A stretch of 62,965 nucleotides of DNA, the filler included, from Sluysia triapertura (taxonomy: Eukaryota): assembly GCA_046118255.1 (NCBI GenBank). It is 5 parts of 5 records of this genome, joined end to end, with 100 filler letters (N's around TTAATTAATTAA, not from the genome) between each part and the next. Parts side by side here need not be neighbours in the genome. Positions count along the whole stretch, not along the records: positions 34,493 to 50,980 come from JBJNIA010202930.1; positions 51,081 to 62,965 come from JBJNIA010160487.1; 3 more parts are not named here. The stretch is one strand, 5' to 3'. A program made the translations under genes and the position numbers. Shown one piece after another: positions 41,201 to 54,355 of this stretch; the first letter of the stretch is position 1; each line of letters opens with the position of its first letter. Below the pieces are notes generated by a model that did no database searches, was not told the origin of the DNA, and saw only the letters and a list, made by a program, of their open reading frames with translations.

Positions 41201-42494
41201 TGATGGTTTTGATGTATTATAGTTTGGATGTTGAAAGGTTGTAAATTTAAAGTGTTTTGACGAATGAAAAATGGTTTTAGTGGATCAGAAAGAAATAAAA
41301 TATGAAAAAGGTTTTGATGGAAAAATTGGTAAAATGTTATGGAATGTGCGATATGTTTTGAAATGTCTTAAATTAGTTTTTTAAGTATATGTTTGATGAT
41401 TTTCGATGTTGAATCGATGTTATGAAATTTTACATTTAGAATGTTTGAAAGTATTAACAATTATGAAATATTCAGAAGAGTGATTTTGTTGTGTATTGAT
41501 GAAATAGAATTTTGGGTTGGCTACCACATGTACTAAAAACATCGAAAAATATATAATAACTTCCTCGATCTTTGTGAAAAAAATCATGTAGAAATTGATT
41601 AATGGAACTTTCATTTATATTGCTAAAAACAGTTATATACTTCGAATTAGGAAAAGGTGTGTACTTTTTATAGCACACTATTAGACAAAAATTAAATCGA
41701 TAGTTTCTAGAATCATTATTGTAAATAAAGTCAAAGAAACAAAAGAAACATGTACAAACCTTACCAAAATAAGTTTGTGGTGAAGTTTCTCTGTAACCAA
41801 CAGTTGACATTGTAATAATTGAAAAGTACAATGTAATATTTTGACGAATTATATAAGTATTAAAACGTATAAATAATATAAAAAATCAATAAATTAATTT
41901 TAAATTAGTTTCCTAAATTTCAAATTATTAAAAGTACAAAAATATACAAAATATCTTTTCATCTTTTTTTTGTATTAGTTTGTGTTAGTATACGTTTTTT
42001 CATTTTCCTTTTATTAAAATCGCATGTTTTAATTCCTATGATACATGTCCAATAAAGTTCCACTTTTTCTTTCTTAGATATATTTTCTCTTTTATTTACT
42101 TATTAAATTAAATGTATTTTAGAGATATTACTTAATTTCAGAACTTTGAAGCTGATTCTTTTGAAGCTACTGTAATTAATAAGATAGTTTAGACTAATTT
42201 TATTAATTTTTATTTTAAATTTTAAAATTATTCTCCATAAAATCATTTAATTTTATTTAGGATGAAATGTTATTTTGTGATGACTGCGATCGCGGCTACC
42301 ACATGTATTGCCTTCAACCACCACTAACGCAAGCACCTGATGGTAATTGGAGTTGCGATTTATGTTTATCTGTTTTCCGTGATAAAGCTGCTTCTGCAGC
42401 AGGTTCTGGTTCTGGTAGTACAGCTGCTTCTCGAACATCTATTACACCACCAGTAAATTCTGTTACGAAGAAAGAAAAATCTAATGTTTCGTAA
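35262..42494 (+). CDS. DPF: DPF/d4/Requiem-family (BAF45) double-PHD chromatin-remodelling subunit; join(35262..35436,35469..35926,35963..36502,42261..42494), 468 aa
   Basis: Exons join in frame through GT-AG introns of 32, 36 and 5758 bp (1407 nt total). Requiem_N motif [24 protein letters not shown]...[15 protein letters not shown]. Tandem PHD CDFNC...[13 protein letters not shown]...[18 protein letters not shown]|[35 protein letters not shown]. Probable 36-bp 5'UTR intron at 35210..35245. Confidence 0.95.
36870..38130 (-). mobile_element. Degenerate IS630/Tc1-superfamily DD34E transposon with ~100-bp inverted repeats
   Basis: HTH-like [26 protein letters not shown], then IFLDEVGFN (first D), ILDNARIHH (second D) and [12 protein letters not shown] (E, 34 residues later after repairing a 1-bp deletion). 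36911-37005 is an inverted match to ~38017-38118, with an inner direct copy at ~37081-37145. Confidence 0.85.
38258..41831 (-). pseudogene. Decayed Slo/BK-family Ca2+-activated K+ channel (pore to RCK2), antisense within DPF intron 3
   Basis: Pore helix [13 protein letters not shown] (GYG changed to GYR). Frameshifted S6 end [13 protein letters not shown] (cf. FASYVPEIIELIG). RCK1 [13 protein letters not shown]...ILFHQYTT (cf. VSNFLKDFLHKDR...LFKRHFT). Later colinear, weaker matches [13 protein letters not shown] (ORF 39128-39535) and [16 protein letters not shown] (ORF 38258-38536). Contains stops and frameshifts. Confidence 0.8.
40399..41420 (-). repeat. C/A-skewed, hairpin-terminated repeat interrupting the Slo relic
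   Basis: Reverse complement of ~41040-41340 aligns with ~52150-52430; contains gaaagatcttgtaac; ends in a 15-bp stem at 40399-40413 / 40445-40459. Confidence 0.7.
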
Positions 42495-44333
42495 TTTTTA
42501 AAACTTGAAAAATAGAGTTATTTTATTTACTAAAAATTGTACATCAAAACATGGTTTAATTATATTTAGTTAAATTATAAATTAGTTTTATGAATTAAAT
42601 TATGAATTAAACATGTTATAATTAAAATCACGATTAAATTATCATTATATTGTACAATAATAAAATTTGTTATTAGAAAATTATTTCTGTATTTATATTT
42701 GGTAAAGTGAATATAAAAACAAAATTTATTTGTGATAATTACCTTTTGAAAATTAAATTAAATTTTTTAAACATTTAGGAAAGAATTAATATTTATTAAT
42801 TTAAATTTATTATATAAAATCAAAGTCATAAAAATAGTAATTTTGAAGTCTGTGCACTTAATTTTTAAAACTTGATTAAGTTTTTGGTCTCTGTTTAAAN
42901 NNNNNNNNNNNNNNNNNNNNNNNNNNNNNNNNNNNNNNNNNNNNNNNNNNNNNNNNNNNNNNNNNNNNNNNNNNNNNNNNNNNNNNNNNNNNNNNNNNNN
43001 NNNNNNNNNNNNNNNNNNNNNNNNNNNNNNNNNNTTCATGTTTAAATAAATGAACCTTCTCCAAATTTCAAATGTAATAAAAATTATCACTAAGTTTATA
43101 CATGTAGTTAAAGTAAATTAGTCATTAAATTTCATAAATAAATAATAATTTGCTGAATTTTTATAAAATGTTTTATATAGTTATTCAACATTTTTGCCAA
43201 CTTTTCAGATCTAAAGATCGTCAATTTTTCGGGATTTTTCTTACTTTGATTTTTAGTTAACGTGTAATAACTTTATTACAATTTTGTCGCATTACATTTT
43301 AACTACATAAGAAATTTTAAAATCTGCCAAGGTTTGCTCTTGCATAACACTTATAAGCAATTTAATATTATAAATCTATGTATTTTATGAATTAAAGTAA
43401 GAACTATTTTAGTTATTGTTTTTAAACTGTTTGTTTCGACTGTTAAACAAAAAGATGCTGTTAAAAATAAATAAATTATTTTAATATTTGCAATAATCAT
43501 AATAACATTCACGTGAATCAATAATCATATTTTTTGATTCATTTATTTTCAATATTTTAGGATTAATAAAATCAAAAAATAACTTATCGAATTTCTACTG
43601 TGAAATTTATTTTCTCCATTAATAAATATAATTTAAATTTTTAACCCATATGATGTATATTTTATATTTATGAATTTTTTTTACTACTTTAATTAATTTG
43701 TTTATTAAGAATTGTTCATTGATAAGTTTTTATATTGGTGTTTATGATTTTTATTATATTCATAGTTCAATCGTTATTACTGATTTTACTTTGTGAAATA
43801 TAGATTTTAATTATTTCGTTAGTAAAATAATTATCTATATTAATGATGTAAATGTGGTTTTTGAATTGGTTAAGATACAAAAACTTTTGAAAAATTTAAT
43901 GTTTTTATGTAATCATCAAAACTACTCCATCCACAAATAAATATCCGGTTTCTTTAAAAATTAATATTTTTGAAAAATTATCAAAATATATCAAATTCAA
44001 AAAACATGAAATCATATATTTTATTGAAACTTAAGTAGAAATAAATATTTCTGAAAATCATCTGAGTTATTGACGATGTCTAGATTAACTCAGTTTGTTG
44101 TCATTCATTTCAAGTGAGGTTTTTACGACGGTTTTCTATATCCCATTATTTGACGGGAGTTTTATACTTGGTCTTGAAAATTTTTTTTAATCAAAAGCTA
44201 ATATTTTACGAAGTTGCTGTCAAAAATTTAACCGATAAAAAGTGTTTTCAAAATGACAACTTTTGAAACCAAAACCGCTTTTTCTTAATTTTGGAAAAAA
44301 ATCGATATCGGATATTTAATTCTCGACGGAGGG

Positions 44334-44396
<63 letters not shown>
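44334..44396 (+). repeat. (ATT)n microsatellite
   Basis: Direct reading of the sequence. Confidence 0.95.
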
Positions 44397-45520
44397 GTAA
44401 TATAATAAATGTTACAGTTTACTTTACTTAAAAATAGAATAATTTATAAGATTGAATGATTATAAAAATTATTAAACATTATTGTACATATAGTACATTC
44501 AATACACGTAAGAATATATGGAATTTATTGAATATATAACAGATTTATTATATGAATAAACGTATATTCAATATTAAGCTTATAGAAGGGAATTTGTAAA
44601 ATAATAGAGATTAACTATAAGATAAATTTATTACGGAGTTATTAAAGCATCAAATCAGTGACCAATAAATTTGTGTTTGCACTGCCTTTTTTAATTAATT
44701 GAACTTGACAATATTAAGCGTTAATTGATATAATACCTTAACCTATTTGAACTTTTGGATTCGATTGTACATTTTAAAATCTTTGCTCTAAATTTTGGGA
44801 CATTTGCATACATAATAATTTATAATTATTAATTATTAATCTAAAGAAATTAATTGATTTTTTAATTAAACTCTCAAATTAAATTACGAATAGTATATAT
44901 TGTTTTGTGTTTTATCATTTTATTAATCTTTACAACTATCTTTTAATAATTTTATAAATAAAATTGAGTGCGATAGTAAATTGACTTATTATTTGAGACT
45001 GAGAGGAAAATTTGAATTATAAGTATAAATTGAAGTGTCCTAGGCTTAATAAAGCACTCTTATCTTTAATATAAGGGGCAAGTAAAACTCTGATCTTCAG
45101 ATACATTTAAGTAACAAATTTGAAATTAAGAAGTTAAGGTAGGAATACAATGACTTAACAATTTAAAGTAAATTTTTGCACATTATTAATGCAAACAATA
45201 ATCGACGGAAGTTTAAGAAACTAAATAACCATGTAAGATAATCATTAAATTATTAATTTAGCATATTTAATATACCAACAAAAAGTTTTGCTTTTAAACT
45301 TTAACATCAGAGTTTGCTACTTAATTCGAAAAAATTTAATAACTTTTAAAGCAAGAAATGCTAAATGCTAAATTATTCTAAAGAAAGCCAAAGTGAAATA
45401 AAATTCTTATCTAAAAATAAATTAATTTACATCAAATTATGAAACAGTTGCATAAAATTAAATCAAATATTTAATATCGCAATATTATTATATTATTTAT
45501 TAATTTTTTGATTGTGTTAA

Positions 45521-45753
45521 CCCTTTGACTACCAATGGGACGATGGGTCCCACAGAAAATATGTTCTACATCAGTGGGTTAAAAGTATCTTTAAACAGCC
45601 CAACAGATCGTCCCAATGGTTGTGTAGTGTTTATTGAATGACGTGAAATAAGCTGGTCGGTTACATTTTTTCAATTATGCCATGGCCATAAGTTATTAGC
45701 CAATTAAGTTAATATTATAAAATGGGACCAAAAAAGGTTTGGTAGTGAAAGGG
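45521..45753. mobile_element. piggyBac-type MITE (233 bp)
   Basis: TTAA target-site duplication on both sides; TIRs ccctttgactacca / tggtagtgaaaggg (13/14 match); internal aatgggac subterminal repeats. Confidence 0.85.
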
Positions 45754-47496
45754 TTAAAGTAAATCATTCAATCCAAAAGATGTTCAGGATTTCAATAATG
45801 TAAGCATTTAAAAATTATTATCAACACCCTTCCTTTTTTGGTCATCAGTGTGATAAGGTGTTGTGTAAGATCATCTTTTAATACCTTTAACAAGTTTATA
45901 GAATTTACAGAGTGATTTGTAGCCACTTCCAAACAAATTTTCTTAACTTTGAAATTAAACGAAACAACATTGCAAAATATGGTTGAAGTGATAAGAACTA
46001 ATTGGAATTATACCTTTTGTCCAACAAAAATTTCAAGTTTCGAAGCAATTATTACAATCAATAATATTAAATCTCAATGAATGAACAATTAGTTTTTCTT
46101 AATTTTTTAATAGTTAATCTATTTAATTGGTATTTACAATTTCAGAAGTGAAATAAACCGATAATTGTTTTGAGGTATAATTTAAACAACTTCAAGTAAA
46201 TAAATATCAAATGTGTTGCCTAAAATAAATAATTATTAATAATGCTACTAAAAATACACTTACGGATAATATATGATGGGGTCATTTTCTAAATTTACTC
46301 ACAACAGAGGTAGAGACAACAAATAGTTAAAAGCATTAATAACATTTTTGGTGGCCATTACAATTTTAAATTCTGTGATTTTGTGGTATACATTGTTCGG
46401 TGAGCAATCGGTTTGACTTATTAGGTTTCGGTGTCTGCTCCATTTACCATCCATCGATTTGGTTTATTATTTTGCTGTTGTTCCTGTGGCTGTCATAATT
46501 CATTTTTTGGTATCATTTATATCGTTTGGTGATTAAAGTTTTTCGTTGCAGATCAATAATTGGCATAAATTAACGGCTCAAGTGACTATCGATCAATCAT
46601 ATTTAACTTTATTTTTGTTACCTGCTGATTTGAGTTATCCGTTAGTTTTTTATATAAAGGTTTTATTTGTGTTAGGAAATACATTATCAGACTCAAAATC
46701 ATGAAACTAAACATAATCTTATTAAATTTTAAAAGAATACTAGAAGCGATTCTAGTTATAATCAATCATATTTCGTTATTATATTTGAATTTAATAATTT
46801 AATTGTATTTGTGTTCGACAATTTTGATTTCGATTTTTAGCAATTTTAGTAATATACCTTAGAAATTTTGTGTTGATTTATCAATTATTAAAAGATTGTT
46901 AAACGCAGCTAAAGTTGAGAATCACCTATACGAAAGGAATAGTCTTAAATGCTGAAATTAAAGAAAATTTGTTATAGTAATAATTAATGTAATTGAGGAA
47001 TTAGAGAAAATAACAAACGTTGAATAAGAGAATAATTTCCTAAAGTAATAATTTCATAAGAGAAGCAGTCATAGTTAATAATAAAAGACAGATATTAATT
47101 AAGGTAATGATAAGAATCAAATAAATTTTCTCATTCTGAAAAGGGATATTAAAGCATTTTATGAAATATACCTTAAACATATTTTTGAATTTAACGGAAA
47201 TTAAATTCTTAAGATTAAAAAAGATCTGAATAAAGTTACTTAAATCATTCAATGTTAAAAATATTAATTCGTTAGCATTTGTGAATCAATTAAGAAAATC
47301 GATATTTAAGTAGAATTTTAAGTGGAATTAATAAATAAGAGTTTACAGTTATTAAAAAAATATCTTGCATCATGTTAAAAAGACTTTCTTCATTATTCAA
47401 TCTTAAATCTGCAAGTCATTATCATTAAATGATCAGAATATTGATGATATAAAAATAAATCTTAGTGGTATTCAATTAACATTTAATAATGGTGTT

Positions 47497-48300
47497 ATGA
47501 TGAAAAGTTCCCGCGATGATATTCAACGGCATAGTTCAAACGATAATCAGTTTGAGAGATTAAATATTAAAAATCAAGTTTTGCTATTGAAATTAGAATA
47601 CTTATACAATTATGTTGAAGATATCAAAAACGTATTAGTATTAGAGCTTATATGCTGTAACATGTCGCACAATCAAGTTACGTATTTAGAAAAGTGTTAT
47701 AAGAAAATGATTACATATTACATGTCAAATAATGGTCTCAAGTTTCAAATTAATCATCCAGAATTGCATGCAATTTCGTATAAATATTTAATACTTATAT
47801 TGAGACAGAAAATTCAAGAATCAGGAAATTCTAATATTGCTCAACTAAAAGATTTTCAGATCATACAGATTATATGGAGTATTGACGTGACACCGTCTGT
47901 TTCATGATAAGCATTGATCCAGAGATGTTTTCAAATTTCTTCATCATAGCTTATGGTCCTAAGATAAATGTTGGAAGACAATCTCGTTCCATGCCGATCT
48001 CCAAAGTGATTTTCGCTAATCAGATACACGCAGCGCAATGCCCCTATTGAGTGAATTCTTGTGGTATTTGTATTGTCCTTATTATTATAATATATTTGAA
48101 ATCAGTATTAATTTTACATCAAGCAATCGAACATAGGAGAAGACTGGACGGTCTATTAGAATCTATAAAGTGAGGAAATTATCAATACGACTGGCAATTT
48201 AACAATTTTCATCCAAAATGAGACCATGAGGACTATGATCATATCCATAAATTAATTATTATTTGGTTATCCATGCAACATGAATTATATAATTATTATG
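47497..48300 (+). pseudogene. Degenerate ORF of unknown product
   Basis: 136-aa frame continued by coding-like DNA in a shifted frame; no motif recognised. Confidence 0.3.
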
Positions 48301-50436
48301 TATTTTACAGGAAGCTACTAATGTATCCTATTGTGGACATTACAAGACGTAAATCACGAGTTTTATTGACATAAAGTTATAAAATTTAAATTTTATGCTT
48401 TAAAAATAAAATTTCATGTTTTTATTTTTTAACGAATTTTATAATAGAGTGAAAATAAAAAGTTTAAAAATAAGATTTATCATTTACTTTTCAAATATGA
48501 CAATTGATTTTTATAACTTAATATATTTCAATTTTAATTTCGCCTTAATAATTAAATCACAAAAACCCTTAACTCCAAATTAATAATTTAAAAATAATTA
48601 AATTAAAACCAAAGTTAAAAAAATTTTATTTGTTTTAAAAAATATTTTAGTATTTGTTTTGTTTTCTAAACTGAATAAATATTTACTGTTGATTTTCAAA
48701 ATGGGTGTCTCCGTGAAAATTTAGCTATGTAAATGACTGAATTTTTATTGTGGTAACCAGAAAAGAAAATTTCAGTCGTTAATTTTATGTTTCGAAAATT
48801 TATGCAAAAGTAATTTGATTTTGTCTAAATTTTAATTCTTATCTTAAGAAAAGAATTAAAATATACTTAAAATACTAAATTGAACACTAAACCTTAAGGG
48901 ATAGTTTCATTTTCTTTCAAAATCTAAAACATTGCTAAGGAAGTTCAATTCCTTAAGTGATTAAAATAGTTATTGAAATTATCATTGTTTATTATATTTG
49001 TTAAGAATTGTCTACAGTGCCTAATAAGTAATTGTTAAAAGTTGACTATTGTATTTAATAAGTTTTACGTTCTTATTTTTCTTGTAAGTTTAAAATACTA
49101 GTTTATGTGCTAGACCTTAAAAGGCTAGATCAACGTCTAACCCTATTAAATATTTTTACTTGTATAGCAGATCATAATTGGCTAGCTTAAACTATTTTTT
49201 AGAAACTAGGCCGTAATTAGATTAGTTTAATTTATTGAATTGTTTTAGTAATTCATACAGAGTCTATTTTTACGACGCATAAAGGCAAATTTAAACCAAA
49301 TCCTAATAGACTGCCTTCGTTCAGATTTAATCCAACTCAAAAAATAATTTTCCACTAATATTTTACTACACAAAAACATCTAAATTATGGTTCTAATATT
49401 GGTTCCAAGTAATCATAGGTAAAACTCTTCAACATCAAGCTATCAATGATCTTTTTAAGTTATATTAAAGATATGTCAACAATTAGCTGTTCAAATCTAA
49501 CGTTAAAATGTATTGTAACAATAAAAGTCTTATTTCAAGTTCTTTAAAATTCCAATAAAATTCGTTAAATCCAATTTCAATTTATTCAAAAATCTAGCAT
49601 CAACAATGATAAATTATAATCGCTTCGGTCATGCGTCTTGAATATTTAGTATCTTCTTTTAATTATTATTTCCATCGATTTAGGACCATTTTCTGGTCAT
49701 ACTTTTTAGACATTCTATATTTTATTATAATTTCTAATTTCGTACTTAAAAACAAAAAAATCAAAAAAATGAAAAGAAAATATTTACTTTTAAATAAAAA
49801 TAAAATCATCTATTATAGACAACAATTATCGCAGCGAATACTGCAACTATTTATTGATATATGTAAATAAATATCTAATACCTTGATAAATAATAATTTT
49901 CAAAGAACTTTCTTAATTGTTTATTCATTTGGATAATCTTGTATAAATATCGAATACTTTGATACATTGTTGACTCATTCGGTTTATCTTTAATTTATTT
50001 AAATGAATTACATTAGCAATTGTTTATTTATGCAGATTATTGTAAGTACTACAACTAGATTAAAATTAAAGAAAATTAAATATTTGCATAAAATTGTAAT
50101 TATTTCGTGTGGCATCTTTAAGTTTATTGCGCTATTTTCAATTTTCTTATCATTTTATTGAACATATCTTAGTGTATTAGGCCTTTAGTTATTTTTAGGA
50201 ATTGATTTTAGAAATTTAAATTAATATTTGCACTTCTATTTCTACCAATAAAGATAATCATGAGCCAATTTTGTTTATATGAAATAAAAGTTATACGTAA
50301 TATTTTAAAGTCAAACGATTTTTGCAATAAAATATTACAATATTAATAAAGTAGAAATTTTTATAAATATTTTATAATAAAATAAAATATATTTTGAAAC
50401 CACCATTATAGAGTAGTAAACGATAAAATATTTTAA

Positions 50437-50700
50437 CACTTTGCGTGCGGGTATGCTTCGCCACGGACGTACTCGTCTAATTGACATTTTTGCTGAATCT
50501 TACGGGAGTTTGGACATTCAGTAAAATCATCAAAAGACCAAATAACTCGCCAAACAAAACCTCTCCGAAAAACAATGCAAAGCGTTGTCTAGCAACACAA
50601 ACACCGTTCGTACAATTCCCATCGTATTTATACGATACCGACTCTTTAGCATAAATAAGTATTTTCACATGACCCTCGTTCCAGTGACATATTCGAAATA
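50437..50700. mobile_element. Possible piggyBac-like element 5' fragment
   Basis: TTAA|cactttgcgtgcgg start followed by a GC-richer tract; no convincing second TIR. Confidence 0.3.
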
Positions 50701-50911
50701 TAAGTAATATTAAGTTTGAAAAATTTATACTTTTAAAACAAAACAAAATAAAATAAAGTGTTTAATTCGTAAAAATATTGTATAGAAATAAAAGCAATCA
50801 TATAAAAAATCATATAAAAACCATATAAAAAGTAAAGCTAAGTTAATCAATACGCTAATAAATGTGACATTATTTTGTTTGATATCAAAAATGTAAAAAC
50901 AATAATATATA

Positions 50912-50980
50912 CTCCCTCTGTCCGAAAATAAGAGTCCCATTTCTAAATATTAGGTTTTTTTATTGATTTAAATGGTATGA
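50912..50980 (+). mobile_element. Stowaway/DD39D-mariner-like terminus, truncated by a gap
   Basis: TA|CTCCCTCTGTCCGAAAATAAGAGTCCCATTT resembles the CTCCCTCCGT Stowaway TIR; the other end is not visible. Confidence 0.5.
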
Positions 50981-51083
50981 NNNNNNNNNNNNNNNNNNNN
51001 NNNNNNNNNNNNNNNNNNNNNNNNTTAATTAATTAANNNNNNNNNNNNNNNNNNNNNNNNNNNNNNNNNNNNNNNNNNNNATA

Positions 51084-51153
51084 CGGGAGACCCCGTATTA
51101 CGCTAATTCCTATAACGCGGTACGTAACTATCGCGTTATACGGGGTCCGACTG
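51084..51153. mobile_element. 70-bp pogo/Tigger-like MITE
   Basis: TA|cgggagaccccgtattacgc ... gcgttatacggggtccgactg|TA; nearly palindromic, with an internal tataacgcg repeat. Confidence 0.75.
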
Positions 51154-51626
51154 TAATTGGAAAATGATTTTTATTTTTTCGATTCATATGATGTTTATTG
51201 CACCTGCACATAATTGGAGCTTATTATTGTATGCATGGAACGTAGGGTATTTGCACGCAGTTTATTTTAAATAGTCAAAGTCAACTTTACATTTGGGTTT
51301 ATTTATGTTATTTTTAAATTATGCTTTTGCCACATTTCCATAAATTAGTTGAATTACTAATGTTTGTTTAATTTTAAATTCATCAACATTATTTTGTCGA
51401 CAGTCATTTGTATCAATATATCAACTAAATCATCAATTACAATAAATAAAATGATTTTAAAATTGAGTCTGCCAGATTTTTGTACTTTCAATAATTTCAT
51501 CTTTTTATTTTGTTGCAACATAGTCGAAATTAATTATGACTTCATTAGGTTTAACTACAGCTTATTTAAAATTAATCATAATTAATTAATATCTTATTTA
51601 GTACATTGTTTATAATATCAACATCA

Positions 51627-51975
51627 TCAGGATGTTTGTGTAAAATCTGAAAGCAAATATCCGTCTTGTATTTTCGTTGCATCATGAAAAGTAATTATTA
51701 AAAATAATTTGTTATGTGGAAATGCTTGTGCTAAATAACCTATTTCAGTTTTTTAAATAATGTGCATATAAATTTCGAGTACGATGATTATCACCTTGAT
51801 GAAATAGATTTTGAATTATAAAAATTACAGTCACTTCTCTATGCCTAGCTATTTTAGTGAATAAATTATTAAAAATTATAATTTTTAGTAAATAAAAATT
51901 ATTACCTTCTTGGTATACATCACCAATAACGATTACATTCTGCTTTTGTAGACTATGTGGTGGCCAACCTATTAC
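51627..51975 (-). pseudogene. Polinton/Maverick (A32/FtsK-like) DNA-packaging ATPase relic
   Basis: Manual translation: NVIVIGDVYQE (degenerate Walker B)...NLFTKIARHREVTVIFIIQNLFHQGDNHRTRNLYAHYL*, then after a frameshift EIGYLAQAFP..FHDATKIQDGYLLSDFTQT. Matches the Polinton ATPase pattern LFTKGSHHRNISVIYITQNLFHQG..RTISLNAHY..DAT..YGYLLIDL. Confidence 0.85.
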
Positions 51976-52079
51976 TTTTTACAAATCTTATTAAAATTTT
52001 TCTTTTCAATACAATAAAAATCATATTTACTTTCAAAAGCTACAATTCCCATTTTTAAATTTATTATAAACATTTTATA

Positions 52080-52795
52080 TATGGTTCAATACTAATATAA
52101 CCAAAATCATATTTTCCAACATCACACAATTACCTTTTAGAATGTAGCAAAACATAGTTTATAATTTATCTTCTTTACAATCACTAAACCACACTCTTTT
52201 CAAGGCAATTTTAAGTTACAATCTTCTAACATCCAAATATTACTTTCAGTCAAAATATCAACGTATATTTAAAAATCCACGTAAAACATTTATATCATTT
52301 CAAAATACTTAAATCGTAAATTTTCAACACTCAAACTTAACTTCAGTCAAAAACATTAAATAGCATTTAAAATTAAATTTAAAACGTTTTACGCATTATC
52401 TTATAACACTAGAATCACAACCACACCTTAAAATTTCATTTGCAAACACGTAACATTAATTGGTAACACCATAACATTTAACCTTCAGACATCTAAAGAT
52501 ATTCAACTACTTTAAATAGATCTAAATATGTTGAAAATAAATAAAGAACATAAAAGAAGATCATGTTTCCAAAAGAATTCAAAAGAACTTATGCATTTTA
52601 TGATAATAATAATAACATTCTTATTATTATTATCACCAATTTTAATTTCAAATTATTTATTTTGGTAGCTACTACTATCAATTGATATATTTTTAATTTA
52701 CATTTATAATTATTGTCACCATTGATAGTGGTTTGGTTTGACATGTTCAACCAGAGTAGCACTGTTCACATTTTCATTACTCTGGTTGAACGGCC
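52080..52795 (+). repeat. C/A-skewed, hairpin-terminated repeat copy
   Basis: Matches the 41-kb copy; gaagatcatgt, an AAT/ATT palindrome, and a perfect 14-bp stem at 52745-52758 / 52778-52791. Confidence 0.7.
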
Positions 52796-53022
52796 AATGA
52801 GAATTCGTCATGATTCATTTTTTGCTAGTTTTGATACGTGGAAAAAGCATGAAGTATTAAAAACATTAGATAGTCAAAATCACAATTTCATTTGATAGTT
52901 GGGTCATAATTGAATGTTTTTAGTAACTAAAAATAACTTTTGGGTATGACAATTATAGTAGCAGTAGTAATTAACAAATAAATAAAATAACATTTGTATT
53001 TTATAATTAACAAATAAATTAG

Positions 53023-54355
53023 AATGGCTGATAATACTTTAGTTTTAAATCGTAAAAGCACAAATTATGAGTTATTTATAATTCATCGTTAAATACTATG
53101 GATTATTTAATGATAGACAAACGTTTCGTAAAACGAGTATCAACTGTAGATCTGAGATTTCAAACAATCAAACTTATAAATATGAATATAATGACTTTAA
53201 CAAAATGTTTTATTAAATCCATGTAACAATAATCAAGAACATGATATTCAGGAACGACGAAAACATTTATATATATTAGTATTCCAGAAAAAATTGATGA
53301 AATCCTCATTTATTATATTTATTTACCTATCCTAGGTTCGATGACAACGTTTCAAGAGAATTTATTAATCAAAATCTAAAGCAGACTATTACTCCCATAG
53401 ATTGCTATGAAAATATATTCAATGTTATGAAACGTGAAGTTTGTAATTTGAGAATTCTCACCACCAGTTTCGACAATAATATGAAATTAAACATTGACCA
53501 CTATATCAATATATTTTCTCAATGTTATTCGATTTTAAAAGCGAAAATATCAAACGAAAAATTAAAAGAGCATGCCTTTTATGAATTTATGATTCCAATT
53601 TGTACAGAATTATGTGAAAATAATAAAAATAAAATTTTGATGATTCAAAGAAGGCTAAATTTTCGAATAAGAGTAGATATTATTAGTCATGTTGAGGTCA
53701 TTTATCTAAATCAAAGTGTAAAGCTCGCACCAATAGTTGTTGGTAAGGTTTACAATTACTATGTTTCATATAAAAGAATGCTTATGGTCGATATACGAGT
53801 TAAAGAAAATAATGTATTGAATATAAATATTATCAAACCTTTTAAGATAAGAACAATGAATACAAGCCTAAACTTAATTTCAAATAAAGTTCTACGAATG
53901 AATGTAAAAAAGATTTGCAAATAAGTTCTGTGTATCGTTATACTGATCCTTATGAACGTCGTCATTTTAGCTATATGTTCAAGAATTTTATGTACCTTCT
54001 ATGAGTTACTATCAATCCAATTTCTCTCAACTATTTCGATAATTCATCACATTCAAATCAATGTATTATAACAGCACTTTGCCCATATAGTAGTGACAAA
54101 TGGTAAATGCACGAAATTAATTGTGTATATGCACACGCAGTTAATCAAATAGTGAATCAAAAAATCGAATATACATCTCACACAGATCACCTGTTCAGAC
54201 TTACGAATTTACTCAAATGCATTGGAATACCAACTTCGGAAATATACGACAACATTGATTATAAAGTAGTCTTTCTTTATTGTTACACCAAAGACAGTGT
54301 CGTATACAGAATGAACTTCTTAAATATTCAAATTTTTAAATCTTGTGTTCAATAA
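53023..54355 (+). pseudogene. Broken long ORF of unknown family downstream of the hairpin repeat
   Basis: ATGGCT at 53023, then open frames of 165 aa and 82 aa separated by stops or frameshifts. Confidence 0.45.

Noticed and set aside
42767-43090. ORFs spanning N gaps
   Set aside because: Artefacts of unknown bases.
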